A DNA stretch of 64,000 nt from Gemmatimonadota bacterium (GTDB lineage: Bacteria > Gemmatimonadota > Gemmatimonadetes > Longimicrobiales > Gaopeijiaceae), in NCBI GenBank assembly GCA_034521595.1, contig JAXHMG010000003.1:928001-992000 (forward strand). Reading direction: 5' to 3'. Below the pieces are notes generated by a model that searched no databases, had not been told where the DNA came from, and saw only the letters and a program-made list of their open reading frames with translations. The first letter of the stretch is position 1, and every line of letters begins with the position of its first letter. A program made the translations under genes and the position numbers. Positions 1 through 12,501 of the stretch are shown here, piece after piece.

Positions 1-3000
1 GTGACCCTGTCGCTCACCGGCTTCACGCTGATGGCGCCCGAGGGTGGAGTGCGGGTCGCCGAAGCCGAGGGCACCGAAAGCTTCGACGTCGTGCTCGACC
101 GGGAACCCGACTCGGACGTCGTGCTGACGACGTCCAGCGCGGATGAGGGGGAGGCGGTGGTGAGCCCCGAGCGGCTCACCTTCACGCCGGAGAACTGGGA
201 CACCGCGCAGCCCGTCACCGTGACCGGGGTGGACGACGACGAGCCGGCCGGCGATCAGGAGACGGTCGTGACGGTCTCGGTCGATCCCGCATCCTCGGAC
301 GTCGCGTACCGCCCCGCCGTCGATCGATCTCTGACCGTGACCACGCTCGACGATGACGCGCCGGGCTTCGACGTGGTGGAAACGGACGGGTCGACCATCG
401 TCAGCGAGTCGGGGACCACGGACTCGCTCGAGGTTTCGCTGCGTGCGCGGCCCACTGAGAATGTAGTGCTCACGGTGGCGGCATCGGACCCCGGGGAAGC
501 CACCGCTTCCCCGACCACCCTGACGTTCACCCCGACGAGCTGGCACGTCGCGCAGATCGTGACGGTGACCGGGGAGGACGACTCGGTCGTGGACGGCTCG
601 CAGGCGAGCACGATGACCCTGAGCGTGGACGAGAACCGATCCGACGGGGACTACCACGACCTCGACGATGAGACGGTGCCCGTGACGACGACCGACGACG
701 ACGGTGCGGGGATCGTCGTCACGGACGATCAGGGGAGCGCGGTGGTCTCGGAGGACGGCGGGACGGATGCGTTCACGGTGCGTCTGGCGTCGGAGCCGAG
801 TGCGGACGTGGTGCTCGAGGTGACGAGCGGGGACACGGGCGAGGTGACGGTGAACCCGTCGACGTTGACGTTCACGCCGGAGGACTGGGACGAGTCGCAG
901 CCGGTCACGCTGACGGGCGAGGACGACGACGTGATCGACGGGGACGTGGTGACGGACGTGACGGTCTCGGTCGACGTCGGGGCGTCGGCGTCGGAGTACG
1001 AGTCGGCTGCCGACGAGGCGGTGGCGGTCACGACGACGGACGACGACGTGGCGGGCTTGGACGTCGTGGAGAGCAGCGGCGGTACGGCCGTGTCGGAGGC
1101 CGGGACCAGCGACGAGTTCACGGTGGCGCTCACGGCCGAGCCCGCGACCGACGTGGTCGTGGAGGTGACGAGCGGAGACACCGGTGAGGCGACGGTCGAT
1201 CCGGCGACGCTGACGTTCGCACCGGCGGACTGGGACACGCCGCAGACGGTGACGGTGACGGGCGTGGACGACGACGAAGCCGACGGCAATCAGGAGACTG
1301 AGGTGACCGTCGCCGTCGACGCGGCAGGGTCCGATCCCGATTTCGAGGATGTCGAGCCGTCGGTCGTCACGGTGACGACCTCGGACGACGATCAGTCCGG
1401 CTTCACGGTGACGTCGGGGGGGACGGCGTCGGTGTCCGAGGCTGAAGGCACGACCGACGTGACGGTGGTCCTGAACACGCAGCCGGCCTCGGATGTGGTG
1501 CTCACGTTCGCGATCGACGACGCGTCGGTGGCGACGGTGAGCCCTGCCGAGTTGACGTTCACGTCGGACAACTGGGACACCGAGCAGGCGGTGACGCTCA
1601 CGGGCGCGGACGACGACGTCGACGACGGGGATCAGACCGCGACGCTCACGGTTGCCGTGGACCCGGACGCCTCGGACGACGACTACGACGGGCTCGAGGA
1701 CCAGACGGTCGAGGTGACGGCCGAGGACGACGACGCGGCCGGGTTCACGCTGGCGGACACGGCGAGCCTGACGGTGAGCGAGGACGGGACGACGACGACG
1801 GACGCGTTCACAGTGGTGCTGGACGCGGAGCCGGTCGACAGCGTGGTGCTGAACGTGACGAGCGGGGACGTGGGCGAGGCGACGGTGGACCCGGCCTCGT
1901 TGACGTTCACGTCCGGTGACTGGGACACGCCGCAGACGGTGGACGCTGACGGGCGTGGACGACGGCGTTGTAGATGGGGATCAGGACGACGCCGATCACG
2001 GTGTCGGTCAGCCGACGGCTCGGACGGAGCGTTCACGGGCCTGGCGGATCAGACGGCGACGGTGACGACGACCGACGACGACGTGGCCGGGTTCACGCTG
2101 GCGGACACGGCGAGCCTGACGGTGAGCGAGGACGGGACGACGACGGACGCGTTCACGGTGGTGCTGGACGCGGAGCCGGTCGACGACGTGGTGCTGAACG
2201 TGACGAGCGGCGACACGGGTGAGGCGACGGTGGACCCGGCCACGCTGACGTTCACGTCCGGTGACTGGGACACGCCGCAGACGGTGGACCTGACGGGCGT
2301 GGACGACGGCGTTGTCGACGGGGATCAGGAGACGACGGTGACGGTGTCGGTCGACGCGAGCTCGGACGATGCGTTCACGGGGCTGGCGGATCAGACGGCG
2401 AGCGTGACGACGACGGACGACGATGCGGCCGGGTTCACGCTGGCGGACACGGCGAGCCTGACGGTGAGCGAGGACGGACGACGACGACGGACGCGTTCAC
2501 GGTGGTGCTGGATGCGGAGCCGGTCGACAGCGTGGTGCTGAACGTGACGAGCGGGGACACCGGTGAGGCGACGGTGGACCCGGCGACGCTGACGTTTACG
2601 TCGACGGACTGGGATCACGCCGCAGACGGTGGACCTGACGGGCGTGGATGACGATCTCGTCGACGGGGAACAAGAGACGACGCTGACGGTGTCGGTCGAC
2701 GCGAGCTCGGACGATGCGTTCACGGGGCTGGCGGATCAGACGGCGAGCGTGACGACGACCGACGACGACGACGTGGCCGGATTCACGCTGGCGGACACGA
2801 CGGGGCTGACCGTGAGCGAAGGACGGCGACGACGGACGCGTTCACGGTGGTGCTGGACGCACAGCCTGACGTCGGACGTGGTGCTGACGGTGACGAGCGG
2901 GGACACGGGTGAGGCGACGGTGAGCCCGGCTTCGTTGACGTTCACGTCCGGACGATTGGGACGATACCGCAGCCGGTGACGCTGACCGGCGAGCGACGAC

Positions 3001-6000
3001 GACGTGATCGACATGAGGCCACGAGGCGACGGACGTGACGGTCTGGTCGATGACGCCGGGGCAGTCGGACGATGCGGTGTACGAGCCGGCTAGCCAGACC
3101 AGACGGCGAGCGGTCGACGACGACGGACGACGACGTGGCGGGCTTGGCCGTCGTGCAGCGCTGGCGGTAGGTGACGGCTGAGTCCGAGCGAGGCAGGTCG
3201 AGCGACAGCTTCACGGTGAGCCTCGACCGCGCGAGCCGACGAGCTCAGGTAGTTGTCGACGATCAACCGAGCGGCGACACGCGGCGAGGCGACGGCCGAT
3301 CCGGACGACGCTGACGTTCACAGCCGGCTGACTGGGACACGCCGCAGACGGTGACGGTGACCGCGGCGTGGACGACGACGTGGATCGACGGCAACCAGGC
3401 ACACGATCGATGCTCGCGGTCGATGACGGATGCGTCGGATCGCGCTGATCTCGGTGAGTCCGCTGACGGTAGACGGTCGTGGTGACCACGGCCGACGACG
3501 ATCAGTGCCGGGTTCGCGGTGGACGCCGGAGTGCGACTGACGGTCGAGTCCGAAGCCGAAGCACGACGGCCGACGTTCACGGTGGTGCTGGACGCGCAGC
3601 CGGACTCGAGCAGTGGTGCTCGACGTTGCGAGTCGAGGACGCGGCGCGTGGCGACGGTGAACCCGACGACGCTGACGTTCACAGCCGGACAACTGGGACA
3701 CATCGAGCAGACGGTGACGGTGACGGGTGCGTGACGACGACCTCGGTCGACGGGGATGCAGACGGCGCCGTCGTTCACGGTGGTCGGTGGACGATGAGCT
3801 CGGACGCGGCTTATCGCGGTCTGAGGACCACACGGTGGACGTCACGGTCGACGGACAACGACAGCGCCGGGTTCGTGGTGGATCCGGAGAGCGCTGACGG
3901 TGAGCGAGGATGACGTACGACGGGCTCGTTCACGGTGGTGTTGGACGCGGAGCCTGACTCGAGGACGTGGTGTTCGACGTGGCGAGTGGGGACACGGGCG
4001 AGGCGACGGTGGACCCGACGACGCTGACGTTCGACGCCGGCGGACTGGGACCGGAGAAGACGGTGGATGGTGACGGGCGAGGACGACGATCTCATCGATG
4101 GGGCTCGACGACGCCGGTGACGGTGTCGGTTGCGGACGGCTCGGACGGGGCGTTCGTGGATCTGGCGGATGAGCACGGTGGACGGTGACGACGAGGACGA
4201 CGACAGCGCCGGGTTCACGCTGGCGGATCACGGCGAGCGCTGACGGTGAGCGAGGATGGTACGACGGGACTCGTTCACGGTGGTGTTGGACGCGGAGCCT
4301 GACTCGAGACGTGGTGTTCGATGTGGCGAGTGGGGACACGGTCGAGGCGACGGTGGACTCGACGACGCTGACGTTCGAGCCGGCGGAGTGGGACCAGGAG
4401 AAGACGGTGGTGGTGACGGGCGAGGACGACGATCTCATCGACGGGGCTCGACGACGCACGGTGACGGTGTCGGTTGCGGATGGCTCGGACGCGGCGTTCG
4501 TGGATCTGGCGGATGACACGGCGGAGGTGACGACGCACGGACAACGACAGCGCCGGGTTCGCTGGTGGATCCGGAGAGCGCTGACGGTGAGCGAGGACGA
4601 CGTACGACGGGCTCGTTCACGGTGGTGCTGGACGCGGAGCCTGACGTCGAGCGTGGTGTTCGATGGTGGCGAGCGGGGACACGATCGAGGCGACGGCGAA
4701 CCCGGCGACGCTGACGTTCGAGCCGGCGGCAGACTGGGACCAGCCGCAGACGGTGGTGGTGACGGGCGTGGACGACGATCTCATCGACGGGGCTCAGACG
4801 ACGCCGGTGACGGTGTCGGTTGACGCGATGGCTCGGACGGGGCGTTCACGGGGATCTGGCGGATGACACGGTGGAGCGTGACGACGAGGACGACGACAGC
4901 GGCCGGGTTCACGCTGGTGGATCACGGCCAGGCGCTGACGGTGAGCGAGGATAGCAGCGACGGGCTCGTTCACGGTGGTGTTGGACGCGGAGCCGGACTC
5001 GACAGCGTGGTGTTCGAATGTGACGAGTGGGTACACCGGCGAGGCGACGGTGGACCCTGACGACGCTCACGTTCGACGCCGGCGAAATGGGACACGGAGA
5101 AGACGGTGGTGGTGACCGGCGACGACGACGATCTGGATTGACGGAGCTCAGACGACGCCAGGTGACGGTGTCGGTTGCGGATGGCAGTCGGACGCTGCGT
5201 TCGATGGATCTGGCCGGCCATGACCGGTGGAGCGTGACGACGACGGACAACGATAGCGCCGGGGTTGCGCCGATCCGGTAGCTGCGCTGACCGTCGAGCG
5301 AAGGTAGCTACTGACGGGCTCGTTCACGGTGGTGTTGGATGCGCAAGCCGGACTCAGCGGTGGTGCTCGATGTAGCCCGAAGCGGCGATGTAACACCCAG
5401 TCGACGGAGCAGCTCAGCGCTGACGTTCGAGCCGGCGAAGCTGGAACATGGAGAAGACGGTGGTGGTGACGGGCTGAGGACGACGATCTCGGTCGACGGG
5501 GCTCAAGGAGCTGCCGGTGACGTTGTCCTGGTCGACGCGGACGAGCTCGGATCGCGGCGTTTGAGGGATCTGAGTCCGATGACCGGTGGAGGTGACGACG
5601 GTTAGCGACAACGACAGCGCCGGGTTACGTGGTGGATCCGGAGGCGCTGACGGTGAGCGAGGATAGTACGACGGGCTCGTTCACGGTGGTGTTGGACGCG
5701 GAGCCTGACTCGAGCGTGGTGTTCGATGTGGCGAGTGGGGACACGGGCGAGGCGACGGTGGACTCGACGACGCTGACGTTCGAGCCGGCGGAGTGGGACC
5801 AGGAGAAGACGGTGGTGGTGACGGGCGAGGACGACGATCTCATTGACGGGGCTCAGACGACGCCGGTGACGGTGTCGGTTGCGGATGGCTCGGACGCGGC
5901 GTTCGTGGATCTGGCGGATGACACGGTGGAGGTGACGACGGAGGACAACGACAGCGCGCGGGTTCGTGGTGGATCCGGAGGCGCTGACGGTGAGCGAGGA

Positions 6001-7400
6001 TAGTACGACGGGCTCGTTCACGGTGGTGTTGGACGCGGAGCCTGACTCGAGCGTGGTGTTCGATGTGGCGAGTGGGGACACGATCGAGGCGACGGTGGAC
6101 TCGACGACGCTGACGTTCGAGCCGGCGGAGTGGGACCAGGAGAAGACGGTGGTGGTGACGGGCGAGGACGACGATCTCATCGACGGGGCTCAGACGACGC
6201 CGGTGACGGTGTCGGTTGCGGATGGCTCGGACGGGGCGTTCGTGGATCTGGCGGATGACACGGTGGAGGTGACGACGGAGGACAACGACAGCGCCGGGTT
6301 CGTGGTGGATCCGGAGGCGCTGACGGTGAGCGAGGATAGTACGACGGGCTCGTTCACGGTGGTGTTGGACGCGGAGCCTGACTCGAGCGTGGTGTTCGAT
6401 GTGGCGAGTGGGGACACGATCGAGGCGACGGTGGACTCGACGACGCTGACGTTCGAGCCGGCGGAGTGGGACCAGGAGAAGACGGTGGTGGTGACGGGTG
6501 AGGACGACGATCTCATCGACGGGGCTCAGACGACGCCGGTGACGGTGTCGGTAGCGGACGGCTCGGACGGGGCGTTCGTGGATCTGGCGGATGACACGGT
6601 GGAGGTGACGACGCAGGACAACGACAGCGCCGGGTTCGTGGTGGATCCGGAGGCGCTGACGGTGAGCGAGGATAGTACGACGGGCTCGTTCACGGTGGTG
6701 TTGGAAGCGGAGCCTGACTCGAGCGTGGTGTTCGATGTGGCGAGTGGGGACACGATCGAGGCGACGGTGGACTCGACGACGCTGACGTTCGAGCCGGCGG
6801 AGTGGGACCAGGAGAAGACGGTGGTGGTGACGGGCGAGGACGACGATCTCATCGACGGGGCTCAGACGACGCCGGTGACGGTGTCGGTAGCGGACGGCTC
6901 GGACGCGGCGTTCGTGGATCTGGCGGATGACACGGTGGAGGTGACGACGCAGGACAACGACAGCGCCGGGTTCGTGGTGGATCCGGAGGCGCTGACGGTG
7001 ACGGAAGGGGAAAACGATTTCTTTACCGTAGCCCTCACCGCCGAACCCACGGACAGTGTCATCGTGACCGTCTCCAACCCTGACACAGCTGAAATCGACC
7101 TCGGCGGCGAGGAGAACGACACCATCTTGACGTTCACGCCGGACGACTGGGATACACCGGACTACCGTCGATCGTGGCCGCGATCGACGACGGGGAAGCC
7201 GAGGCGGACATGCCCGTCGCCGTGACCGTTCGAGGTCGACCCGAACCGTCGCTGACGCCGACTCCACGTTCGGACGGAGTTAGCGCGGAGGTCGAAGTCA
7301 CGGTGCAGGATCCGGCCGACCTCGAAACCGCCCAACTCCAAAGCACGGCGTCTCCTGGAGCACGCAACCGCACCTCCGCCCCAAGGACCAGCCCATCGCC
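1..7400 (+). CDS. Giant acidic repetitive surface protein (about 20 tandem ~112-115 aa Calx-beta/cadherin-like beta-sandwich repeats); 5' end probably outside the window; many frameshifts; 3' end uncertain
   Basis: ORFs 1..2541, 2629..2979, 5629..6003 and 5966..7225 repeat FTVVLxxxPxxxVVxxVxSGDxGEATVxPxTLTFxxxxWDxxQTVxVTGxDDxxxDG; very D/E/T/V-rich; frame breaks from ~1945 onward. Confidence 0.8.
5629..7000 (+). repeat. Four near-identical 336-bp tandem coding repeats
   Basis: gtggatccggaggcgctgacggtga recurs at ~5630, 5968, 6304, 6640 and 6976; 112-aa unit VDPEALTVSEDSTTGSF...DNDSAGFV. Confidence 0.95.
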
Positions 7401-7486
7401 GGCCCCCTCCAACTCCGAACTGCTGCTCGCTGACCGACCGCTACCCGGTGAAGCACCACCGGGCGCTCAACTGACGCTCCGCCCCG

Positions 7487-9484
7487 ATGACTGAAGGACC
7501 CCGGGACCGGTTCGGGCAGGAGCGTCCGCTCGACAACGTGCCGCCTCCGCTCCTCACGTACGGTGACGAGGATGAGTACGAGAAAGAAGGGAAGGGAGGC
7601 GGCCCGCGCTCCAAACGGCCGGTGCGCGTGGGAATCTGGATCGTCGTGGCCGTAGCGATCGCGGGTGCGGGCTACTTCGGGGTGCGTGCCCTCGAGGAGG
7701 AAGGGGCGACGGACACGTCGGCCGCGGCGGTGGATCCCGCGCCCTCCGGATCCGCGTCCTCGGAAGCGGGGAGCCGCCCGTCTCTGGGCATACTCGGGCC
7801 CCCGGACACGACGGTGGCACCGGGCTCGACGGTCGAGCTGGCGGTGAGCGCTCGGGATGAAGACGGGGGACCGCTCCCGGACGTCCGGGTCCGCTTCGAG
7901 GTCGATGGCGGCGTGGGTACGCTCACCGCCGGCGAAGTCTGGACCGACCGGATGGGCATCGCGCGTACTTCTCTGACGATGCCGTCGGGTGCGGGCGAGG
8001 CCCGGGTCCGTGCCACGCTCGACGGAGCCGACGTCGTGCCTCGATGGTTCACGGTCGCGACCCAGGGCGGAGAGCCGGCGGCGATGGCCGCGGTCGCAGG
8101 AGATGCGCAGGAGGCGGATGCCGGGGGCCTCCTTCCCGAGCGTCTGGCCGTCCAGGTCCAGGATCCGGAGGGGAACCCGGTTCCGGGCGTCGAGGTGCGC
8201 TTCGAGGTGGCTTCCGGTGGGGGCATGGCAGCGCCCTCCCGGGCCCGCACGGATTCCCTCGGTCGCGCTTCGGCCATCTGGCGGTTGGGTGGGGAAGCGG
8301 GCGACCAAACGCTCTCGGCCACTTCTCCGGCGCTGCCCGAGCCGGTCACGTTCACGGCCACCGCGCAGGCGGTCGCGACCGCGACGCCGACCCCCGAGGC
8401 TGGCGGGCCTCCCGTTCCCGACTCCGAGGCCGCCCTCGAGGAAGCGGCCCCGAATGCACCCTCCGAGTCCGTGGTCGTCACGCCCCGGGACCGGTCGGTG
8501 GGAGGCTCGAACGTGTGCGCGATCACGAACGGGTCGGTCACGTGTCGCGGCGCGAACGATCGGGGGCAGGGGATCGACGGCGGGGTGAGCGGCGCCCGCG
8601 CGGTCAGCTCCGGGCTCTTCCACGCATGCGCCCTCGACGCGGACGGCATCGCCCGCTGTTGGGGCGCGAACGAGGCCGGCCAGCTCGGAGACGGGAGCCG
8701 TTCCGATCGTGCGTCACCGGTACGTGTGGACACCGAGTTCCGCTTCAGCACCCTGGCTGCCGGGGTCGCCCACACGTGCGGCTTGACCTCCGAGGGACGG
8801 GCTGCCTGTTGGGGGCAGAACCTGGGCGGTCAGCTCGGGGACGGCTCGAGGGACGACCGTACGATCCCGGCGCTCGTGGCGGGGGACACGCGCTTCACGA
8901 CCCTCGTCTCGGGATGGAACCACACCTGCGGCATCACGGCTCAGAGGGAAGCCTTCTGCTGGGGGCTCAACCGGGAGGGACAGTTGGGCGACGGCTCCCG
9001 CCTGGACGGCTTGGAGCCCGGGCGCGTCATCGGCTCCGTCGACGCCCTCGCGGCCGGGAACGCCCACACCTGTGCGGTGAGCGGAGGCCAGGTCCTCTGC
9101 TGGGGCGACAACCGGGCGGGGCAGCTCGGAGACGGGACCACGGACTCCCGCGTGAATCCCACGCCCGTGTCGGAGCTCCCCGACGATGTGGTGGACATCG
9201 CGGCGGGGGCTGCCCACACGTGCGCACTCCTGGCCGACGGGACGGCCCATTGCTGGGGCCAGAATTTGCACGGACAGTTGGGCACGGGAAACACGGCGCC
9301 GGCCCGCTCACCCACCCCCGTGCTGGGAGGGCTCACCTTCGAGCGTATCCAGGCCGGGGGCGGAGTAACCTGCGGCACCACGGTCGACGGTGTGGACTAC
9401 TGCTGGGGCCTCAACCAGAGCGGTCAGTTGGGGGACGGAAGCGTCACCAACCGGGCCGCCCCTGCCCGCGTCCGGGGACGTTAG
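7487..9484 (+). CDS. Membrane-anchored protein with two Big_1/invasin-like Ig domains and a C-terminal RCC1-repeat beta-propeller
   Basis: One N-terminal TM (IWIVVAVAIAGAGYF), Ig-like VxDxxGxPxPxVxVRFEV segments, and six or seven HTC..CWGxNxxGQLGDG RCC1 repeats. Confidence 0.9.
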   Translation: MTEGPRDRFGQERPLDNVPPPLLTYGDEDEYEKEGKGGGPRSKRPVRVGIWIVVAVAIAGAGYFGVRALEEEGATDTSAAAVDPAPSGSASSEAGSRPSLGILGPPDTTVAPGSTVELAVSARDEDGGPLPDVRVRFEVDGGVGTLTAGEVWTDRMGIARTSLTMPSGAGEARVRATLDGADVVPRWFTVATQGGEPAAMAAVAGDAQEADAGGLLPERLAVQVQDPEGNPVPGVEVRFEVASGGGMAAPSRARTDSLGRASAIWRLGGEAGDQTLSATSPALPEPVTFTATAQAVATATPTPEAGGPPVPDSEAALEEAAPNAPSESVVVTPRDRSVGGSNVCAITNGSVTCRGANDRGQGIDGGVSGARAVSSGLFHACALDADGIARCWGANEAGQLGDGSRSDRASPVRVDTEFRFSTLAAGVAHTCGLTSEGRAACWGQNLGGQLGDGSRDDRTIPALVAGDTRFTTLVSGWNHTCGITAQREAFCWGLNREGQLGDGSRLDGLEPGRVIGSVDALAAGNAHTCAVSGGQVLCWGDNRAGQLGDGTTDSRVNPTPVSELPDDVVDIAAGAAHTCALLADGTAHCWGQNLHGQLGTGNTAPARSPTPVLGGLTFERIQAGGGVTCGTTVDGVDYCWGLNQSGQLGDGSVTNRAAPARVRGR

Positions 9485-9494
9485 GGCCGTTCCG

Positions 9495-9929
9495 TCATTT
9501 GTGCCACTCGAGATGCCGGCGGTACTCGCGCAGGAACGACGTGATCAGATCGTCCTTCGTCGCGTTCGTGACGTCCTGCTCGAGGGACCGGTCCCGGACG
9601 TGCGCTTCGGCACGGTATTCCTTGCCGTGCGGATCACTCAAGGGCACGAGCGGAAAGGCGTACTTCGACGCACCGTACGGCTTCGCTTCCACCTGGTAGA
9701 AGAACTCCTCGTGGCCGTCCTTCGTGATCATGATCCACGCGTCGTGGTCGCCCTGGTCGATCTGAACGTCCCGTCCGCGCCGCTGAAACTCGGCCGCGAG
9801 CTCCTCGAACGCCGGGACCACCACGCTCTGGAGGTAGTCGTGGATGCCCAGGGGCTCGTGCTCGTCCGGGGGAAACTGCTTGTCGGCAAGCTCGAGGAGC
9901 TCGTCGAGTTCGGCTTTCCAGTCCGCCAT
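9495..9929 (-). CDS. Hypothetical acidic soluble protein, 144 aa
   Basis: Clean ORF with AGGAGA RBS, directly downstream of the BCCT gene. Confidence 0.75.
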   Translation of the reverse strand: MADWKAELDELLELADKQFPPDEHEPLGIHDYLQSVVVPAFEELAAEFQRRGRDVQIDQGDHDAWIMITKDGHEEFFYQVEAKPYGASKYAFPLVPLSDPHGKEYRAEAHVRDRSLEQDVTNATKDDLITSFLREYRRHLEWHK

Positions 9930-9940
9930 GTCGGTCTCCT

Positions 9941-11542
9941 CTAGTTTCCGATTTCGGTGACGAGCCTGTCGCTGGGCTCTTCGTCCGTCGTGGTCCCTGG
10001 GGACCTCCCGTCCCCTCCCGACGTTCCGCGGGATAGATCTTCCGTATGTGCGTCGGCGCCGGTTGTTCGTCTCGCAACGCCTTGAAGAGAGAGTAGCACA
10101 TGCCCAACACGACCACGGCGAACGGCAGGCCGGTGGCGATGGCCGCGGTCTGGAGCGCCATGAGCCCCCCGGTCAGGAGTAGCACGGCCGCCACCACACC
10201 TTCGAGAAGGGCCCAGAACACCCGCTGCGCGACCGGAGGATCGGGGTGCCCACCCGAGGCGAGCATATCGATCACCAGTGAGCCCGAGTCCGAGGACGTC
10301 ACGAAGAAGGCGATGATCACCGTCATCCCGAGCACGGATGTGAGACTCGCCAGGGGGAGACCCTGGAGCAGGGCGAACAACATCTCTTCGGTCCCGAGGC
10401 CGGCGAGTCCACCTTCTCCGACCAGCTCTCTGCGGAGGGCGGTGTTGCCGAACGTCGTGAGCCAGAAGGTCCCGACCGCGGCGGGCATGAACAATACACC
10501 CGCGACGAACTCCCGAATCGTGCGTCCACGGGAGATCCGTGCGATGAACATGCCCACGAAGGGAGACCATGCGATCCACCATCCCCAGTAAAAGAGGGTC
10601 CAGTTCCCCTGCCACACCCCGTCGCCCCACGTGTCGAGCCAGAAGGTCGTGGCCACTAGCGACTGCACGTAGTTGCCCGTGTTCTCCATCCAGGCCTTGA
10701 GGATGAACACCGTGGGTCCGGCGAGGAACACGAAGGCGAGCAGGACGCCGGCCACGGCCATGTTGAAGTTGGACAGCCTGCGGATCCCCTTGTCGAGCCC
10801 CAACACCACCGAGGCGGTCGCGATGAGGGTGATCCCGGCGATCAACCCGACTTGGATCGGGGTCGTGATTCCGGTGCCGAGCAGGTAGTCGAGCCCCGCG
10901 TTGACCTGCATGACCCCGAGGCCGAGCGAGGTCGCCACGCCGAAGAGGGTTCCGAAGATGGCGAGCACGTCGATGGTGTGTCCCATCGGCCCGTGAATGC
11001 GGTCACCGAGCACCGGGTAGAACGCCGAGCGGATCGAGAGGGGAAGCCCTTTGCGGAAGGAAAAATACGCGAGCGACAGGCCCACGACGATGTAGATTCC
11101 CCAGGCGTGCAGTCCCCAGTGGAAGAACGTGAGCCGCATGGCGTCCGTCGGCCGCCGCCGTGGTGCCCGCTTCCTCGATCGGCGGATCGGTCAGGTGGTA
11201 GATCGGCTCGGCGACCGAGAAGAACACCAGCCCGATGCCCATCCCCGCGCTGAACAGCATGGCGAACCAGGAGGGGTAGGAGAATTCGGGCTCGGAGTCG
11301 TCGGGCCCGAGGCGGACGCTGCCCACCGAGCTGAAGAGCAGGTACACCGAGAACGCGAGAAACACGGCGACCGACCCCACGTACAGCCAACCGAAATTCG
11401 CGACGATCCCGGACTGAATGGAGTCGAAGGCCGCGCCGGTGCTGCCGGGCGCGAAAATCCCGAATCCGAGAAAGATTCCGATGACGGTGAGCGCGGGAAA
11501 GACGACGGCGGGGCTGAAATCGAGCTGTTTTTTCCAGTCCAT
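9941..11542 (-). CDS. BCCT family (betaine/carnitine/choline) transporter; frameshift near 11145 and probably a second near 10020
   Basis: SWFAMLFSAGMGIGLVF, FFHWGLHAWGIY and WTLFYWGWWIAWSPFVGMFIARISRGRTIREF are split over ORFs 11003..11542 and 9634..11139; the likely true stop at 9941 abuts the RBS of the next gene. Confidence 0.93.
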
Positions 11543-11834
11543 GGAATCTCCAGGACTCGAGGATTCAGTTGAGGGCGTGGCCTCGGGCCATGGTGCCGAC
11601 AGGGGCGCTTCGGGCCACGCGATCGGTCGGGTTGGGGCACGTCAGGTGATACGCACGGCGAATCCGACGGAGAAACAATAAGCGCGTGAGTTCATGATGC
11701 GAAGGAGGCCACCGGTCGGGTCGTTCCGGGCGGTGGCGTGGGAGCATGCCGGATGCCTTTCTCGTGTCGGAGGTTGCGCCACCCGACGGCACGCGGTCAT
11801 GCTCCGTTCTTCTTTCATGCCAAGGAGCACGTCC

Positions 11835-12350
11835 ATGAGCGAAACGCCGCATCGTACGATGTTGGACAGGATGCTGGGAGCGGCCCGGCTGGATGTCGCG
11901 ACATTCACCGAGGTCGAGCACGATACGACCCTCACCGGGCAGGCCGCGGGCGTGGTCGTCATCGTGGCCCTCGCCAAGGCGATCGGGGCGGTGGACGTCG
12001 GGATCGGCTCCGCCGTGGGGGCCGCGGTGGTCTCGCTCGTCGGTTGGTTGATCTGGGCCGGCGTCACCTACCTGATCGGTGACAAGGTGTTCGGGGGCAC
12101 GGCCACGTGGGGGGAGTTGCTCCGCGCGCTCGGTTTCGCCCAGGCACCGGGGGTGTTGATGGTTCTCGCCTTCCTCCCGCTCGCGGGGCTCCTCACGTTC
12201 GTCGTCGGGGTGTGGACTCTGGCCGCCGGTCTCGTGGCCATCCGGGAAGCCCTGGACATCTCCACCCTCAAGGCGCTGGGCACGGCGATCCTGGGATGGC
12301 TGGCGCTCGTGATTCCGCTGGTGCTGCTGGAGATGGTCGGTCCGGGCTAG
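11835..12350 (+). CDS. Yip1-domain membrane protein
   Basis: AAGGAG RBS before ATG 11835; FTEVEHD...QAAGVV, LRALGFAQAPG, AIREALD; about five TM segments. Confidence 0.75.
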   Translation: MSETPHRTMLDRMLGAARLDVATFTEVEHDTTLTGQAAGVVVIVALAKAIGAVDVGIGSAVGAAVVSLVGWLIWAGVTYLIGDKVFGGTATWGELLRALGFAQAPGVLMVLAFLPLAGLLTFVVGVWTLAAGLVAIREALDISTLKALGTAILGWLALVIPLVLLEMVGPG

Positions 12351-12501
12351 CGCAAGCCGGTCGACACCCTCGTGCGCACGATGAGGGTGCTCCCGGCTTG
12401 CAGACCGGGTCCACGACCGGCACGTTGGAGCGACTCAGCCGGTCCCGTCTCCACAGTCGTTCGTTCCACGGGCCGGAACATGATCCCCGTGCCCATGAGC
12501 C

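Noticed and set aside
5629-7000. Regular repeats as a CRISPR array or DGR template/variable repeats
   Set aside because: 336-bp in-frame coding units with no unique spacers; no cas or reverse transcriptase gene; differences are not adenine-specific
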